A stretch of DNA of 64,000 nucleotides. Source: Ylistrum balloti. Its lineage: Eukaryota. Below, piece after piece: positions 35,892-49,264 of the stretch. Within the stretch, counting starts at the first letter, position 1, and each line of letters opens with the position of its first letter. Position numbers and translations under genes: made by a program. The notes beneath the pieces are model-generated. The model worked only from the letters and a program-made list of their open reading frames with translations. It made no database searches and was not told the DNA's origin. The DNA is taken from contig NW_026781965.1 in NCBI RefSeq assembly GCF_031769215.1, positions 1,364,001 to 1,428,000 on the forward strand, given 5' to 3'.

Positions 35892-38800
35892 TTAAGTGAT
35901 GACCCTGAGATAAATATCTACTCTCATCTACTGCACAAGGACAATAGTCACATTTGGGAAGGTTATAAACATTCTACATTTGTGACTCAGAGATTCTGCA
36001 GAGCTTCAGATCATATATTGCAGCACAAAAAATATTTTTGTCATAAAGTAAAGTGTGGTGTAGACAGCTAGAAACTTTTTATGGCTGACTTGCATCCATG
36101 GTTTTTGAACAATGTATTTGATTTGGAAATGTTGTCTATTCTGAAGAGATTGATTGACTTGAATTTGGGGAAACAGATATCCATCAGTTTGTTTCTATCA
36201 TAACTGAATTTTGACCAAATTTAGACAAAATCTTTATTTTCTATTTTGAAGTATAATTGGAATGTCTTATCAGGTAATATTTATATTTAAACATTAAAGC
36301 CATGATATAAATTAACTGGAAAGATTTGTAATATTGAGAACTTTAAGACATATAAAGAAACATCAGAAAGATTACACTGTATGTAATGAATAATCATTAC
36401 AGTCAAAGTAAAATAAAGATCTACATATGACAGCAGAAAGAATAGATAAATAATTAAAGTCTGCTTGTGTTAGTGTAAGACATAACGCTACAGAAATGTG
36501 ATAAATGTAATGAGATTGATAATTTTTTTCCTTTCATTTGGTTTGCTTGCACATACTAGTGTGGTAAAATTGGCCCGGTCAGTAAATATTTAGCCTGATA
36601 CATTTATTTGTTCACTGAACCATTGTCACCAAGGTACCCTAAAGACAGTGTGGTCTCCTTACAGTGATATTTTGGTTATATGTAGGTCACATACAGTTCA
36701 TACTTGAGTAGTTCTGTAAACAAGTTTCATAAAATAAGGAAATGTAACCTGGGCAAATTTTCAAAAATTAATCGCATTTGACTATGTTCACATTAAATCT
36801 CATTCCATGAAAAATGCTCAACATTCCTTTGCAAGTATAACATTCCATGTTTTAGATAGTTGATAATTTCATAAGAAGTTAAGCTGATAATTTTATGTTC
36901 AATAGCTGTATTCTTCTTGGAACATACATTCAAGGTATGACAACACATAAAATACTCCACATTAGATATATACAAAGGTGGTACTTATACTAGTCATTGG
37001 TTCTTGCATGTGTTATGAAATCAATGGATTCACCTTTCCTTGTTAGGAAGTGGTAGAATATATTACCTCTTCTCAATCTGCTGAAGAGTTACAGGAAGAA
37101 TGAGCAAGTTAGTTGTAGAAATATCTTGTTTGATACAAGTTGATTTTTTTACACCATATTTATTATGTATCTTTCTCCGTCCATGTCATGAGTTAATCAT
37201 TATTTGTTGTTAAAATCAATTTCACTGTATATTATATTTCTGTTATTTGAAGAGGGACTTTCAATCTTATGATGTTACAACCAAGTAACTGACAAGGAAG
37301 GACGTTATGATAATTATCATCTTTGTTCTAAAATATTGATCAATAGAATCATCATTTGCTTACATTTAACAGTATTTCAACCAGTGGATTTTTAATACTT
37401 AGAACTTAATTCCAGGTCTAGTGAATGATTTAGCATTGATGAACATAACATAATCAAAGTGTAAGAAAAAAGGTTAAAATCAGTTCTTTTTTCTTTATCA
37501 CTTTAACATATTTCTAAAATGAGTTATCTAGATTAATCACCTCATACTTTAAATGCTGAAGGAACTGTTGACACTTTATTTCTCTTAGAGGTAGCAGTGT
37601 GTGTGACAGCAATTTTATCACTTATATGTCCTATATGGTTTAAAAATTTGATGTTTGCAAGTATGTATGTATTTTGATGTAAAATGTTTCTTGAATATGT
37701 CTATGTATTGGTATGTTTAATTTCTAGAATGCAAATTGCCTACATCTTGTTAAGTCCATACACAGATCAGACTTGGTATGGTGTATTGTCAATTATGTAC
37801 ATCAAGTGCATTGAGTTTAGGCATGAAGCTGTTGTTGTTAAATGTGACAGCCTGGATCAGTGGATCCAATAGTATTACATTGTTGACAAACGTGTTCACT
37901 ACACAATTGCAGTTAATATTCTCTGCATATGTATCAGTATATGTGTGCTTGTAAATCATGTTTTGAAATTTCTTAAGGTAAATAAAATATTCATTTTTAG
38001 ATTTCTTTTACTGATAGATAGACATGTGTTTATGTGTTTATTTTCTCTGAAAATAGACTCAGAGTAATTTAGTATTACCACAGACACTTTATATTCTATA
38101 GAAGTTATTCCATCAGACTTTTCTATCCTGGTACTGGAATTATCATCATTTTTGTTATAATATGTCTCTATTGTTTGAACGTAAATATTCATGAGTTCAC
38201 CTTCCTAATGTTCATGAACGAAATAAAGCTTTATTTACAAGGTACACTTCCGGTATAGAATATTGTTTCTGTCCATACTCAAAAGTGATAATTCAGTAAT
38301 TATGTCTACTCTGTGCAGTTAAGTAGACTCACAGTTTTGTATTTGAGTAGGAAGATTATGACAGGTTGGTTCTCTCTGAAATGGAAAGTTTGAAACAGAC
38401 ATCTAACCCATAATCTTCAGGTAATATTCTGTGGGAGTTGTTTTGTAAGATGTTAAAACACTAGTGAAAATGAATATCAACATTCTAAATGACTTTAAAG
38501 ATCAGCAGAATATATAAAAATAAAATATTGTCGAAGTCTATACTGTGCATTTTGAACCTTTTCTCCCTTGAAAACACCATTTTACAACAAATTCGCATCA
38601 TCACTTAATATGAATAATAACTATACTTATATGACCACATCATTCATTTTTGTAACAAATATTAAGTACAATATACCATTCTTTATAATGTAGTACACTG
38701 TGTTCACTGTCATAACATTGAGTCCTTTTTTTAGATAATAAATAAGGATCGAAAGTGATCACCCCCGAAAACCTTGTAATTAACTGATGTGGATGGTTGT

Positions 38801-39679
38801 GATTTCTCCGTCATTATATCTCCTATATATAACGGGAGTGGAGATTTGTATAAATTGTATTTTTATCCATAAGCACATAAGGAGCATCTTTATTTGCTTA
38901 AATGCAAACTTACATATATGTTGATAGTGTTGTGTCTTTTGGACAGCTCTTTAAAAATGAAGCTGGTTTTGTTTTACTTGCCATTGTAACATTGTAAAAC
39001 ATTAAGAAAATGTGATACTTTGCACAATAAATATATCAACATTAACGATGTGTTTTTTTATATCGCCCACAACAATCTTGGTAAGGGGTGGGAATGGGGT
39101 ATACTAGAATCATTTAGGTGTATGTATTTTGTATACAAAGGTCAAAGGTACTCAGTGATAGAGTTCTGAGTGTCATTACAGTCAAAGGTCAAATGTCACA
39201 GAAATAGTACCAGGACAATGATTGACATTCTGAAGTCAGCTGGTCTGTTGGAAATGTAAACCGTCGCTGGTGTAATAAACAGGCTACAGTGTTCCTTCTT
39301 TTTATACTACTTGACAAATAAAATTAAAAGTGTAGGGTAGAAAGAGTAGAAGTTTTTGTTTATGTAAATTGATTTTCAAAATTCATATCCCATCAGATTT
39401 GTTTCTTAAATAGAATTGTAGAACACAGTTAAAATAGAGTTTATAACTTTTCAAAGATCAAGCTTGTTCCGATAGCAGTATTACATTGAAAATTATGTAT
39501 ATATATGTACATATATGAATTGCGAAAAGTCGGTTGGCACACGTTTGACATCAAGATACATTAGTACAATAATATCGAATAAACTTGCGATAACACGGGT
39601 TATTACGAGTATGATGTAAGTTTGAATGCAGAGTCCATTTTCGTGTGTCGAGAACCAGATTTACGTGTAATATAATGTG

Positions 39680-42600
39680 TCAGGGTGGCAACTCGTAACC
39701 GTGGGATATTTCGGAAACAGGACCGATCACGTTGGGAGTAATGTCAATGGACGCTGAATGTTGAATCAGGGAACTCCTTTCGTTTACACTGAGAATAAGC
39801 TTCTTGCTTCTGAATTGCGAGAGTCCTGGGTTTAGCAGATTACCCTAAAAAGGAAAAAAATGGTTGACTTATAATATAATACATTTGTTTTCTTCTTTGT
39901 ATCTAAATAAAAACCTTAAATATCCGTGGTGGCATTTTGATACCTTCATAAAACCCGGTCGATTGATTGTAATACTTTTAAATCATTAGCACGAGAGATA
40001 ATTCTATTTTCCTTGATGTACATATGTACGTAGATGGGGGAGGGGGAAGGGTAACAGAACCAGCAGTTTGAGGGAAATTACAAATTATATCTACCATAAT
40101 AAAATCACAAAATTAAAGTCATTCCCCACTGCTCCTGGATTGTCAGCGGTAATGACTCAGTGGTTACCTGTTTCATATCGAGTATATTGACGACAATGCT
40201 GCATACTGCCGACATGATACAGAGACTTAACAGGACCCAGAACATGATACTGTAGTTGGCTAGTCGCTCTTCCTTGTCTAGACTGAATATATAGATGGTA
40301 GGAGAAAGTCAGCAAAAAGAAAAACTTGAGAAAGTAAGAAGTGATTGAACATTTTTGATGTAATATATGACGACCTTCCTTTTAATGTACATCCTACTGA
40401 TATAAAGCTTTAAGAACGATGTACTGTGGACAATTATCGAATAAGTCTTTACAGTACAATAGAAGTAATACCGTTTCAGTACTTATAATAATCGCTACTT
40501 TCTATTTATGACAAACAAATTTATCACGATATAAAACCTTAAGAATGAACGAGTATAGCAATCAGTAGGTAGAACATTGGTTTACGCAACGTCAGAGGAA
40601 CGATGTCATACGACGGTCCTCCCGTATGTTGTTGAGTAAAGTTACCACAAACTTCTAAAAGAAGACACCGCCTTGAAATAACATTGACTACTTACAGGGT
40701 GATTAAACCTAGAAAAACCGTCATGGTATGACAGGTATAATTGCCATTTAACATTAACGATGACAAGAATTGCGACTCTGGCAGTTTTGTATTGTTACTG
40801 GCAAATTTATTAATGAGAGAGTTGGCTAGGGAATTAAGTCGTCTTTATTATCAATGATTACCTTTCAGTAGTCCCAAGAATCTTTCCTATTCCCAGGTTT
40901 GTCAATCCCACTCCCAATCCCTGTGTAAAAATGGTAATTCCTTGAGCAGTTCCAAATATGTCCGCCGGCACGAGCACAGACACAGACGGCCACAGACAAA
41001 TCTTTAAAAAGACGGAATAGTACACGATGTGTTGATCTATTAATTATAATATGGGTAGCGTTCATATTTTTTACTCATAATCTCGACTGGGTGATCAAGT
41101 GAAAAATAAGATTTGATAAGTTTATTAAGGCACTTTGAAGACAGATAATATACTTACTGCAAAAACAGTGTATGTGATTCCCAGAAACACTGTTAATATA
41201 AGTGGGTGTATCTGTGGACAGAAAGATAGTAGTGGAAACACTGGAATAGTCAGCGCCGCACAACACGACATCACGATCCCCGTCACGTTCATCTTTCTCT
41301 ATAAATAACATTAATACATCAATATGTTTTCTTTTCCATGCATCTTTTAATGTTTATAAAATCAAGCATTGTCTGAATGTTAGAATGATAATGAAGGGTT
41401 TGTGAATGTACCTTACGTAGAAAGCAACATTCTATATATATGACCTCCAATTAAGTTTCCTTCACAACCTCTCCATGGGATTGTCAAAGTGCAGTAGATA
41501 TTTAATGAACCGAAACGTATGATGAAGTTCCATCATCTTTAAGAAAGTGAAAGTATTTTGTGATTTTATTTTTTAAATTCCAAGCACAGACTCTTGAAGG
41601 CTCAACATGAATACTGGAAATATATCTTTCTATTAATGAAAATGTTCAGCTTGTGGATATTGTAACAATCTTTGAATACTGGTATATTGATTTTCTAGGT
41701 GCAACTTGTATCAGGCGGCAGAATGCATTCCTTTCTGTTCTTGAAATAAATTCGAGTTAACATATTCATCAATTATTTTTGTTTTGACCGTCTTAAGCTT
41801 TAGTTAAATCTGATGTCTTGAAACAAAACTGTTTGCTTCTCTACTTGAATTACATTAATTATACATTGTTTGTTTTATTAATATCAAAACAACAGAAAGA
41901 CCCAATAATCCTAAGTTACCTTTGGCTGTCTGAAAAGCGGCTGTCCAATGAGAGAGCCTCTAATAAGACATCTACAGGCAACATATAGGTTAAATCACTG
42001 AAAGAACAGTGAATGACATCACAAGACTATTTTAATACTGGTAATATAGAAATCACTTACCAAGATGATCCCAGCCAATGGCGATATCAGAACGGATACA
42101 TCATACACAGCCCCGTTATAGTAGGATGCCGTTGTTTTTGAGTAACCATACCGGTCTTGTATATATTTACTAGAAACGACAAAACGAGTACACAACAGGT
42201 ATAACTCATTTTACACAGCCTTCATGAATTGTTTAACAGATACGTTTCATTTCACGATGATTTCCCGTCATGGAGTTAAGCTATACAACATTCGTGTTAT
42301 GGCACTCAATTTATTATCAAGCTCTTTAAGTCAAATAATTTAACTGACTATGCAGCATAGTTTTAAATAAAAAGTCCAACAATGTCAAAATAGTACGCAC
42401 CTACCGTTTCCAATTAAAGGTAGATAACACGCGTAGAATGACATGATGGCAAGGCAGTGAAGCCAGAATGATTTAGGGAGTAATCGGATTTCTCTGAACG
42501 TCTGAATCAATGAAAATAAGTCGTTTTTATCAGTTGTATAAATATGTTTGGTTTAAATTCGATACTGATACATGATGCGTTTGACTTTTTTTCATTTTAA

Positions 42601-45222
42601 CGTATTGCTTAGATGAAGCAGCCAGTACAAGAAATCCATATACCTAAAATATCAGAATAAGCACAACTGCGCAAGCTCAATATTAACTTTTGATTTTGAA
42701 AAGTTTTGTTTTATTGTTTATATGAATTCATATTTAAGTTATTTTCAATTTTAGAAATAAAGAGACTCCACAGTAGCTTGCATAATGCGATCCGTACTGA
42801 TATAACAAGGAATTTGGATTGCTGCTGAAAACTTGAAAACTTGTTAAATAATCTTTTAAACACTTACGAATGTGCACATTTCTAAAACAAAAATATAAGC
42901 AACATATACGCCAGATGAAGTATTTCTAGAGTCAGTGTAGAAGAAAATTTCAAAATCTTCATTCTAATACTATTCTTGAATAAAATTCAGATGTCGAATA
43001 GAAATGAACACGCATCCGAAGAATTTTAATGGTTTAACACGTGAGATATACTTACAACATATTTGGACCTCTGGGCCACTTTCACTTCAACTTTCACCCG
43101 AGTTTGTCCATAGTAATCCAACAATGATACGAATATCGCACAAACAATGCTTAAGCAGCATATACCTGCAACTAGATGGAAAATACCGACATTTCAATAA
43201 AATCATGCTCGATATCAAACAAGTACAATATGTTCACATAGTAAAGGTGAGTACGACATGGGGCGCCGGAATGGTAAGCGTCTTCTGCTTCCCTGACGAC
43301 ACCAATTCTGAGTATATTACCGAGTATAATCAATGAGTAGCTTGTGTGATCTACAAGAAAATAAATTATTTTTGTCTATGTTTTGTCTCCTATATACCGA
43401 TTAAGCGAATTTTTTGGTAAATATACAACATTCATCAAATTTTCGCTACATTTATTCAATATTGAATACCATCATGAAAATAGTGAATACTACTCCAGAT
43501 ACAGTAAATGTGTATTTCAGGGACAAAAAGATAAATATACCTATCCATAGAGTTGTTGATAAGCCGATCCAGTTGGCAAGGTTGGCAGTAAGGAAAAAAT
43601 TGGAAACATTACCAAGGCGCAGAACAACTACCATTAGGCTAAAGACTACCAATATGTTGTCTGGGAACCAGGAAGCAAGAATTCTGTTCTGAACAACTGA
43701 AAATTTAAACGATTGAAGTTCATTAATTTAATTGATAGAATAATCTCTTTTTTCAATCTACCGAAAGAAGATATATTTTAGAATTTCTATCTGCTATTCA
43801 GATCAGCAAAGGATTTTACCTTATGAAGAACATCTCATCACTAACTACCTTCTGTACGTACTGAGAGCAGGACTTGTTCCTGCCCCAAGGAGTAAACGCC
43901 CACAGAACATAATCGGAAACATAGCTGATGTGAACCTGATCGAATCAATGGTAGACACTGCGAACAAAAGTGTTCCTAAAGACGCTACTGTCGTTGTCAG
44001 GATGGCTGAACCTAAAAGAAAAAGCTCGTTTTTATTAAAGACATAAATTATGTTGATCATGGATTTTTTTTGATATGTTATTAGTAAAAAGTTTTCTTAC
44101 CCCTGTTTCCAATTTTGTCGATGAAATATCCCCCAGGCAAAGCGTTTACTGCATTCCTACAAAAAATCCACATGGCATTTACGTTGTAAGGTATACAGTC
44201 ATAAGAAAATACTTCACATAATACCTGTGTACCAGTATCTTAAGATTCAATCGAATTAAAAACAAATATTTTGTTTGGAGATATCGCTGGATTACTTACA
44301 TCCACGAGTAGGCAGCGTAAAGCTGATTATAGCGATCTGGTCCTAGTCCTAGACAGTCAGGACAGCACGTCATGTTGGCCGTCAGGTTCCTACAATTTTC
44401 AGTCTGTCGGGGAAAAAACCGGATTTCATTGTGTGACGATTATATATTAATATGGTGGTATGTTTTGGTTTAACAAATCCACATCTTTCGTGATCATGGA
44501 CGATTATTGTTATTTAATTAATATCTTTATTTGTAAATAATTATAAATGTTGATGTATCTGGGGAAACAATTATAATGTTTAGAACTTTTAACGGGTCTA
44601 AGGATTGGGTCTAAGGATTGGATAATATCAACTTTTATAAACTTTTACATATCATCTCACTTACGTGAACCCCTTGTAGGTCTTTCTGCAATGCACCTAG
44701 GACATCAATATTGAAGTAGCAGCCAAAGGGAAGAAAACAGGCGAAGACAAGCAGCAAATATCGTGTTTTCCCTACGGTAGGTCAAATCAAAAGTTATTGA
44801 CTTTACTAACATATAAGATTTTATATTATATATTATTCATATTTCATGCCAAAAAACATATCATCTGATATCATTCACGAATTTCCTTCGTGTCAATGAT
44901 ATCAAACTTGTTTTCAAATATTCTAACTGGTTTGATAATTGAATGTTTAAAATGATAATAAAGGTGGAAATTAAAGACATTGTGTTAACACCAGGAACAA
45001 AACATGTGTTATTCTTTGGCATGGAGTCAAAAAGCATCAATTGGAGCACCGTACCTTTAGAAGAAATTTCCAAAAAATTAAACTGGACAAGTTGGACTTA
45101 TTATTCGCACACGGAAGTTTTCACATAGAAAAAAAGTTAATTATAAGTTCATAGGTTTTTTCTTTAGAGGTAGGGTATGAAACACAAGAACTATTCAGAT
45201 ACTTACATTCTGTGACATCCAT
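39680..45222 (-). CDS. MFSD1: MFSD1-like major facilitator superfamily transporter, paralogue A (489 aa, complete)
   Basis: 13 phase-consistent exons: 45207-45222, 44665-44771, 44300-44403, 44101-44156, 43862-44011, 43541-43696, 43056-43165, 42401-42501, 42061-42169, 41158-41298, 40862-41001, 40168-40282, 39680-39844. Motifs RYLLLVFACFLPFGCYFNID, GGYFIDKIGNR, GRLLLGAG and YNGAVYDVSVLISP. Confidence 0.85.
43245..43305 (+). repeat. Copy of an interspersed repeat family (also at about 60900-60965)
   Basis: Exact 18-nt match gtaagcgtcttctgcttc at 43274-43291 and 60933-60950, followed by gacacc in both copies. Confidence 0.6.
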
Positions 45223-45350
45223 AGTTTAAAACTGGTCTGAAAGAAAACATGCAGGAAAAATGCAACGATTGGTTTTATCTTTATCGATTAACTTTTTCCG
45301 TGGTTGATGCAACAGCTAATGGAAACAATTTCCAACACTGGATGAGGTTC

Positions 45351-45437
45351 AAAAAAAAAAAAAAAAACAAAAAACAAAAACAAAAACAAAAAAAAGAAAT
45401 TAAAAAAAAAATAATGATAAATATAAAAAAAACCAAC
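45351..45437. repeat. A-rich low-complexity tract
   Basis: Poly-A and (caaaaa)n. Confidence 0.9.
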
Positions 45438-48400
45438 ACATGAATAGAAACATAATCCAACCTCAAATTCAATAAAACTAAGGCAAAATATTAACAAAAG
45501 AAAGATTTATGAGGGGACTCCTGAAAAAAGTACAAGAAGAACAAGACCAGGTGTTCCTGAAAATAAGCATCTTCCACTTTATCCACGACATCCGCCATGT
45601 TAAATTCTTGGTCAATCCAAGTAAGTTAAGTCAAGTTCTCAAACGAAAACAAAGTATACCACTTCAGGCAAACAAATGAGCAACAGACATATCACTTATA
45701 AATCTCTCCGTAATTTCCATCAATCTGCATCTCGGGAAACTATGTGTTGTGAACTCATCTATCAGTTGTCAAAATTTTGCAAGAAAATCGTGATATTAGG
45801 AACAGGCCCTCGAAGATCGAATCAATTGCGACGTGTAAACACCATAGATCAGGGATATAAAATTAATTGTTATTTTCGTTCTGATGAAAAAAATTAAAAT
45901 GACAATAATAAATATATGGTAACTGTGCATGTGTATGGTTGACACTACACCGTCGTTGGTGTCGGTAATGTTTTAAATATTCGACAAACAATGGCGACAG
46001 TCCATTGAATTGTAGATTACACATGGACGTTAGATACTATACCTGATAGTGTTTTTTGAGTTCCCGATGGCCGGTATTATGACCTAATTGTGGATGTCAT
46101 AACAATCGCTATCATAGCATGAAGAGACATATTTGTATTGTTGATCAGGAAGGAAATTCTTATAAAACATACCTTGTATGATATGGATGTCCTGGGATGT
46201 ATGTGGTGTTTCATGTTGTGCATGACCTTGTTATATCTTTATACAGGTCATTTAAAAGTATGAGCATACCTATGTCGTTAAAAGAAACTATAAGCGGTTG
46301 TAATGTAAATAAGGTACTGATCTACTATGAATCAAAGGAAACAAAATTAACATTATATATTAAATAAGTATTAAATCTATAACTTTGTGATATTGCAATA
46401 ACATTGATGCAACGAAAATAGTATTGCATAAAATACTGTCTTTCTATTCATGTGAGTGTTTTAAGGTGTATGCGTGTAGGTGTTTTCGAACCCGTTTATC
46501 AGATATTAAATCAGATGCGTTCTACTATCGTGTAAGTAGTGAAACCCGTGCATGATTTGCTTTTTGTAGAAGTCAACATGTTTGAATATAACAGGCACTT
46601 TCTAAATAAAGTAACAATGTTATCAGTCGCACAAGGTAACTGTAAAGCAACACCAGTGTAATCACATGTTTGCTCTGATATCTTTATATATCGAGCCATG
46701 GTGGTATTAATGACTCTTTAACCTCTTTTATCTGTTTCTGACCCACTTATTCCCTTGAGGTGTCATCTCAATTAACTTAATATTGTCATCCTTAATGGGA
46801 TCAGTCACAATTTATTATTTATAATTTACCAATTTATTCAATACATTTAGATCTTGAAATTAGAAATCTTAGAAATTGTATAGTATATCTTTACGATATA
46901 TCAGACATATGATATTTTCATGGTTGGTAAGATATATAAAGCTTATGGAATTGTTTAGTTACCTTCTAAAAGTCCTTTTTGTGAGCATCTTCTCTAATAT
47001 GAAATTGCAGTGTTCATTAACATGATCATGACTATTTTACTTATTGTGCATAAGTAATCCTATATAAATGTGAGATTATGAAGAAAACACATATCCGACG
47101 TCAATAAGATAGCAACACTCAAGTACTTGTTGGCACATTTAAGAGAAGAAATTGCTTATCAGTTTTAACAGAGATAAGCCTAGATTCATGTCATTGTCTA
47201 AGCACCAATGATTCTTTTGAATATCGAAATATTAGTTTTGATAATTACATTGTGACATGCTTATCAAAGAATCCGGCTGCAATAGATTATCACTTTTTAT
47301 TTGAGGGACGTCTTGAGAAGCTTTGATTGCACTCCTTGCAGGTGAGAATAGCAATTAAAAACAATCTAAATGCATTCATCTACATATAAGTAAACCAATT
47401 ATTATTTTTTTATCAAACTGTACTTAATGTTTTAGCACTTTTCAAAAATATCGTGACGTTGCAACTTTACATTGAAGCTTACGAACTGTCCTTTATGCAT
47501 TTTATTCAACACAGTCATATTTCTTTAATGCTATTTAAATCAAATTATATTTCAAGTCTAGTACTTGAACGCATGTGTTGACCATGTAGCTCGTTGTGAT
47601 GTTCTCTGTAAGTATTCAAACAATATTTGTTGTCTTTGTTTATTTTTATGCCGACATTCTTACCTTGCGTTTAGGTCTGATACAGATGCACACAAATACA
47701 AAAAACACGTGATAACAATTAATAGATTATACTTCCTATAGCAAGGTGTAATACACAGATAAATTACATAACTACATAGAGTACAAGGTCACCTCTTGAT
47801 CCTATCAGCTGGACAAGAATCACATGACAATGATAACACATACTGTTACTCAGAACCTTCCACTGATTCATATCTTAAATCACTTTATCTGAAATAGCTA
47901 TTTCGCATTTGGATCTCATACACTTTCATAGAAACAACATCAAAACTTACATTTCAGATATAGCTCGTCGAATGGCCCCTTGTGCGTAAAAAAATCAACA
48001 CATAAAATATTTATCTGTCTACCTATGATGACACACATATGAACTGTTATAATAAATTACTGTGCATACAACTATTTGTAAAAACAATAAACACATACAG
48101 TAATGTGCGTACACAGTCTGTTTTGATATACTTCACCAATTGTTCAGTTATATCAAATACGTTTGAAACCTTAAAAGTGAGTGACAATACCGACATCACC
48201 ATGGACGTATCATACGCTCCTAACATCACTACGTTTACAATCTACCGGAACGTATTTTTAAAAGAATTTTATCTGAAATATATAAAAGTTTGATAGCTTG
48301 TTGCAGTTTTATGTACTGGCAGTTATATTATCTAAATATGGCTGATGTAAGGAATATATAATGTGGTATACTACGTATTTTGTTATTGTGAGAATTTCCG

Positions 48401-49264
48401 TGCATTGTCATTACGTTGGTGATATTGAAATATTGTATTAAACTATTAGAAGTGAGAAATAGTGGTATGTTGAAACTTGCATGAACTTAGCAATTCCACA
48501 TAGGTACAGTCACCCGCACACTTCAAGAAACTCATTTCATACTTAGCATGACCGTACTATATAGAGTAAAATATATTGTACAAAGTTCATATTTGTTATA
48601 TAAATTCAATTCAAATAGTTTGCTATGATTAAAACAATATAACATGCATTATCGCACAGGTTAAACTGAAATAGAATATCATTGAAATATAAACAAAAAA
48701 TAGGATGTCCCACATATGAAAAATTCAAAACGCTTTTGAGTGCTAATCCAAGAGTGTGTCATTGGTATTTTGCAATTGTAAACATCTATATTCAGATCTT
48801 TACTGGACATCCGCTGCTGTGTGGAATATCCATCATGTTTTACAATCACACAACATATTATATATTTCAATCGTCGTTCAACATCGGTTTTTCTGTACAT
48901 CTGGATTATAGAAGCGTGCTATGAAGTAAAATGGTTGATGTGTCATAATAGATTTACAACTGTATGTACCTGGAATCAGTACATCATCCGATACCCAATA
49001 TCACACAAGGTAATCACAGTACTTTTGTAGTTAGTCGAAGTATGTGTGTATATGCAAGTGTCAAACATTACAATGTTAATATCACTTGTTTTCCTGGTTT
49101 GATTTCATTACTCTCGCGTAAAACATTAGCTCCAATATCACTCTATTCCTGAAGTGAGCTCCGTTTCAGTTTGGCTCGGTGCCAAACACTGGGTTAAAGT
49201 CATAGTTCCAGAGTTGGTTCCATTTTAATTGAGCTTGGTGCCCGTGTCAAATATTCAAGCCATA

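Noticed and set aside
42600-42650. Extra exon for MFSD1-like A after a TTTTAG acceptor
   Set aside because: Stop codon in the required phase; the exon at 43056-43165 matches paralogue B.
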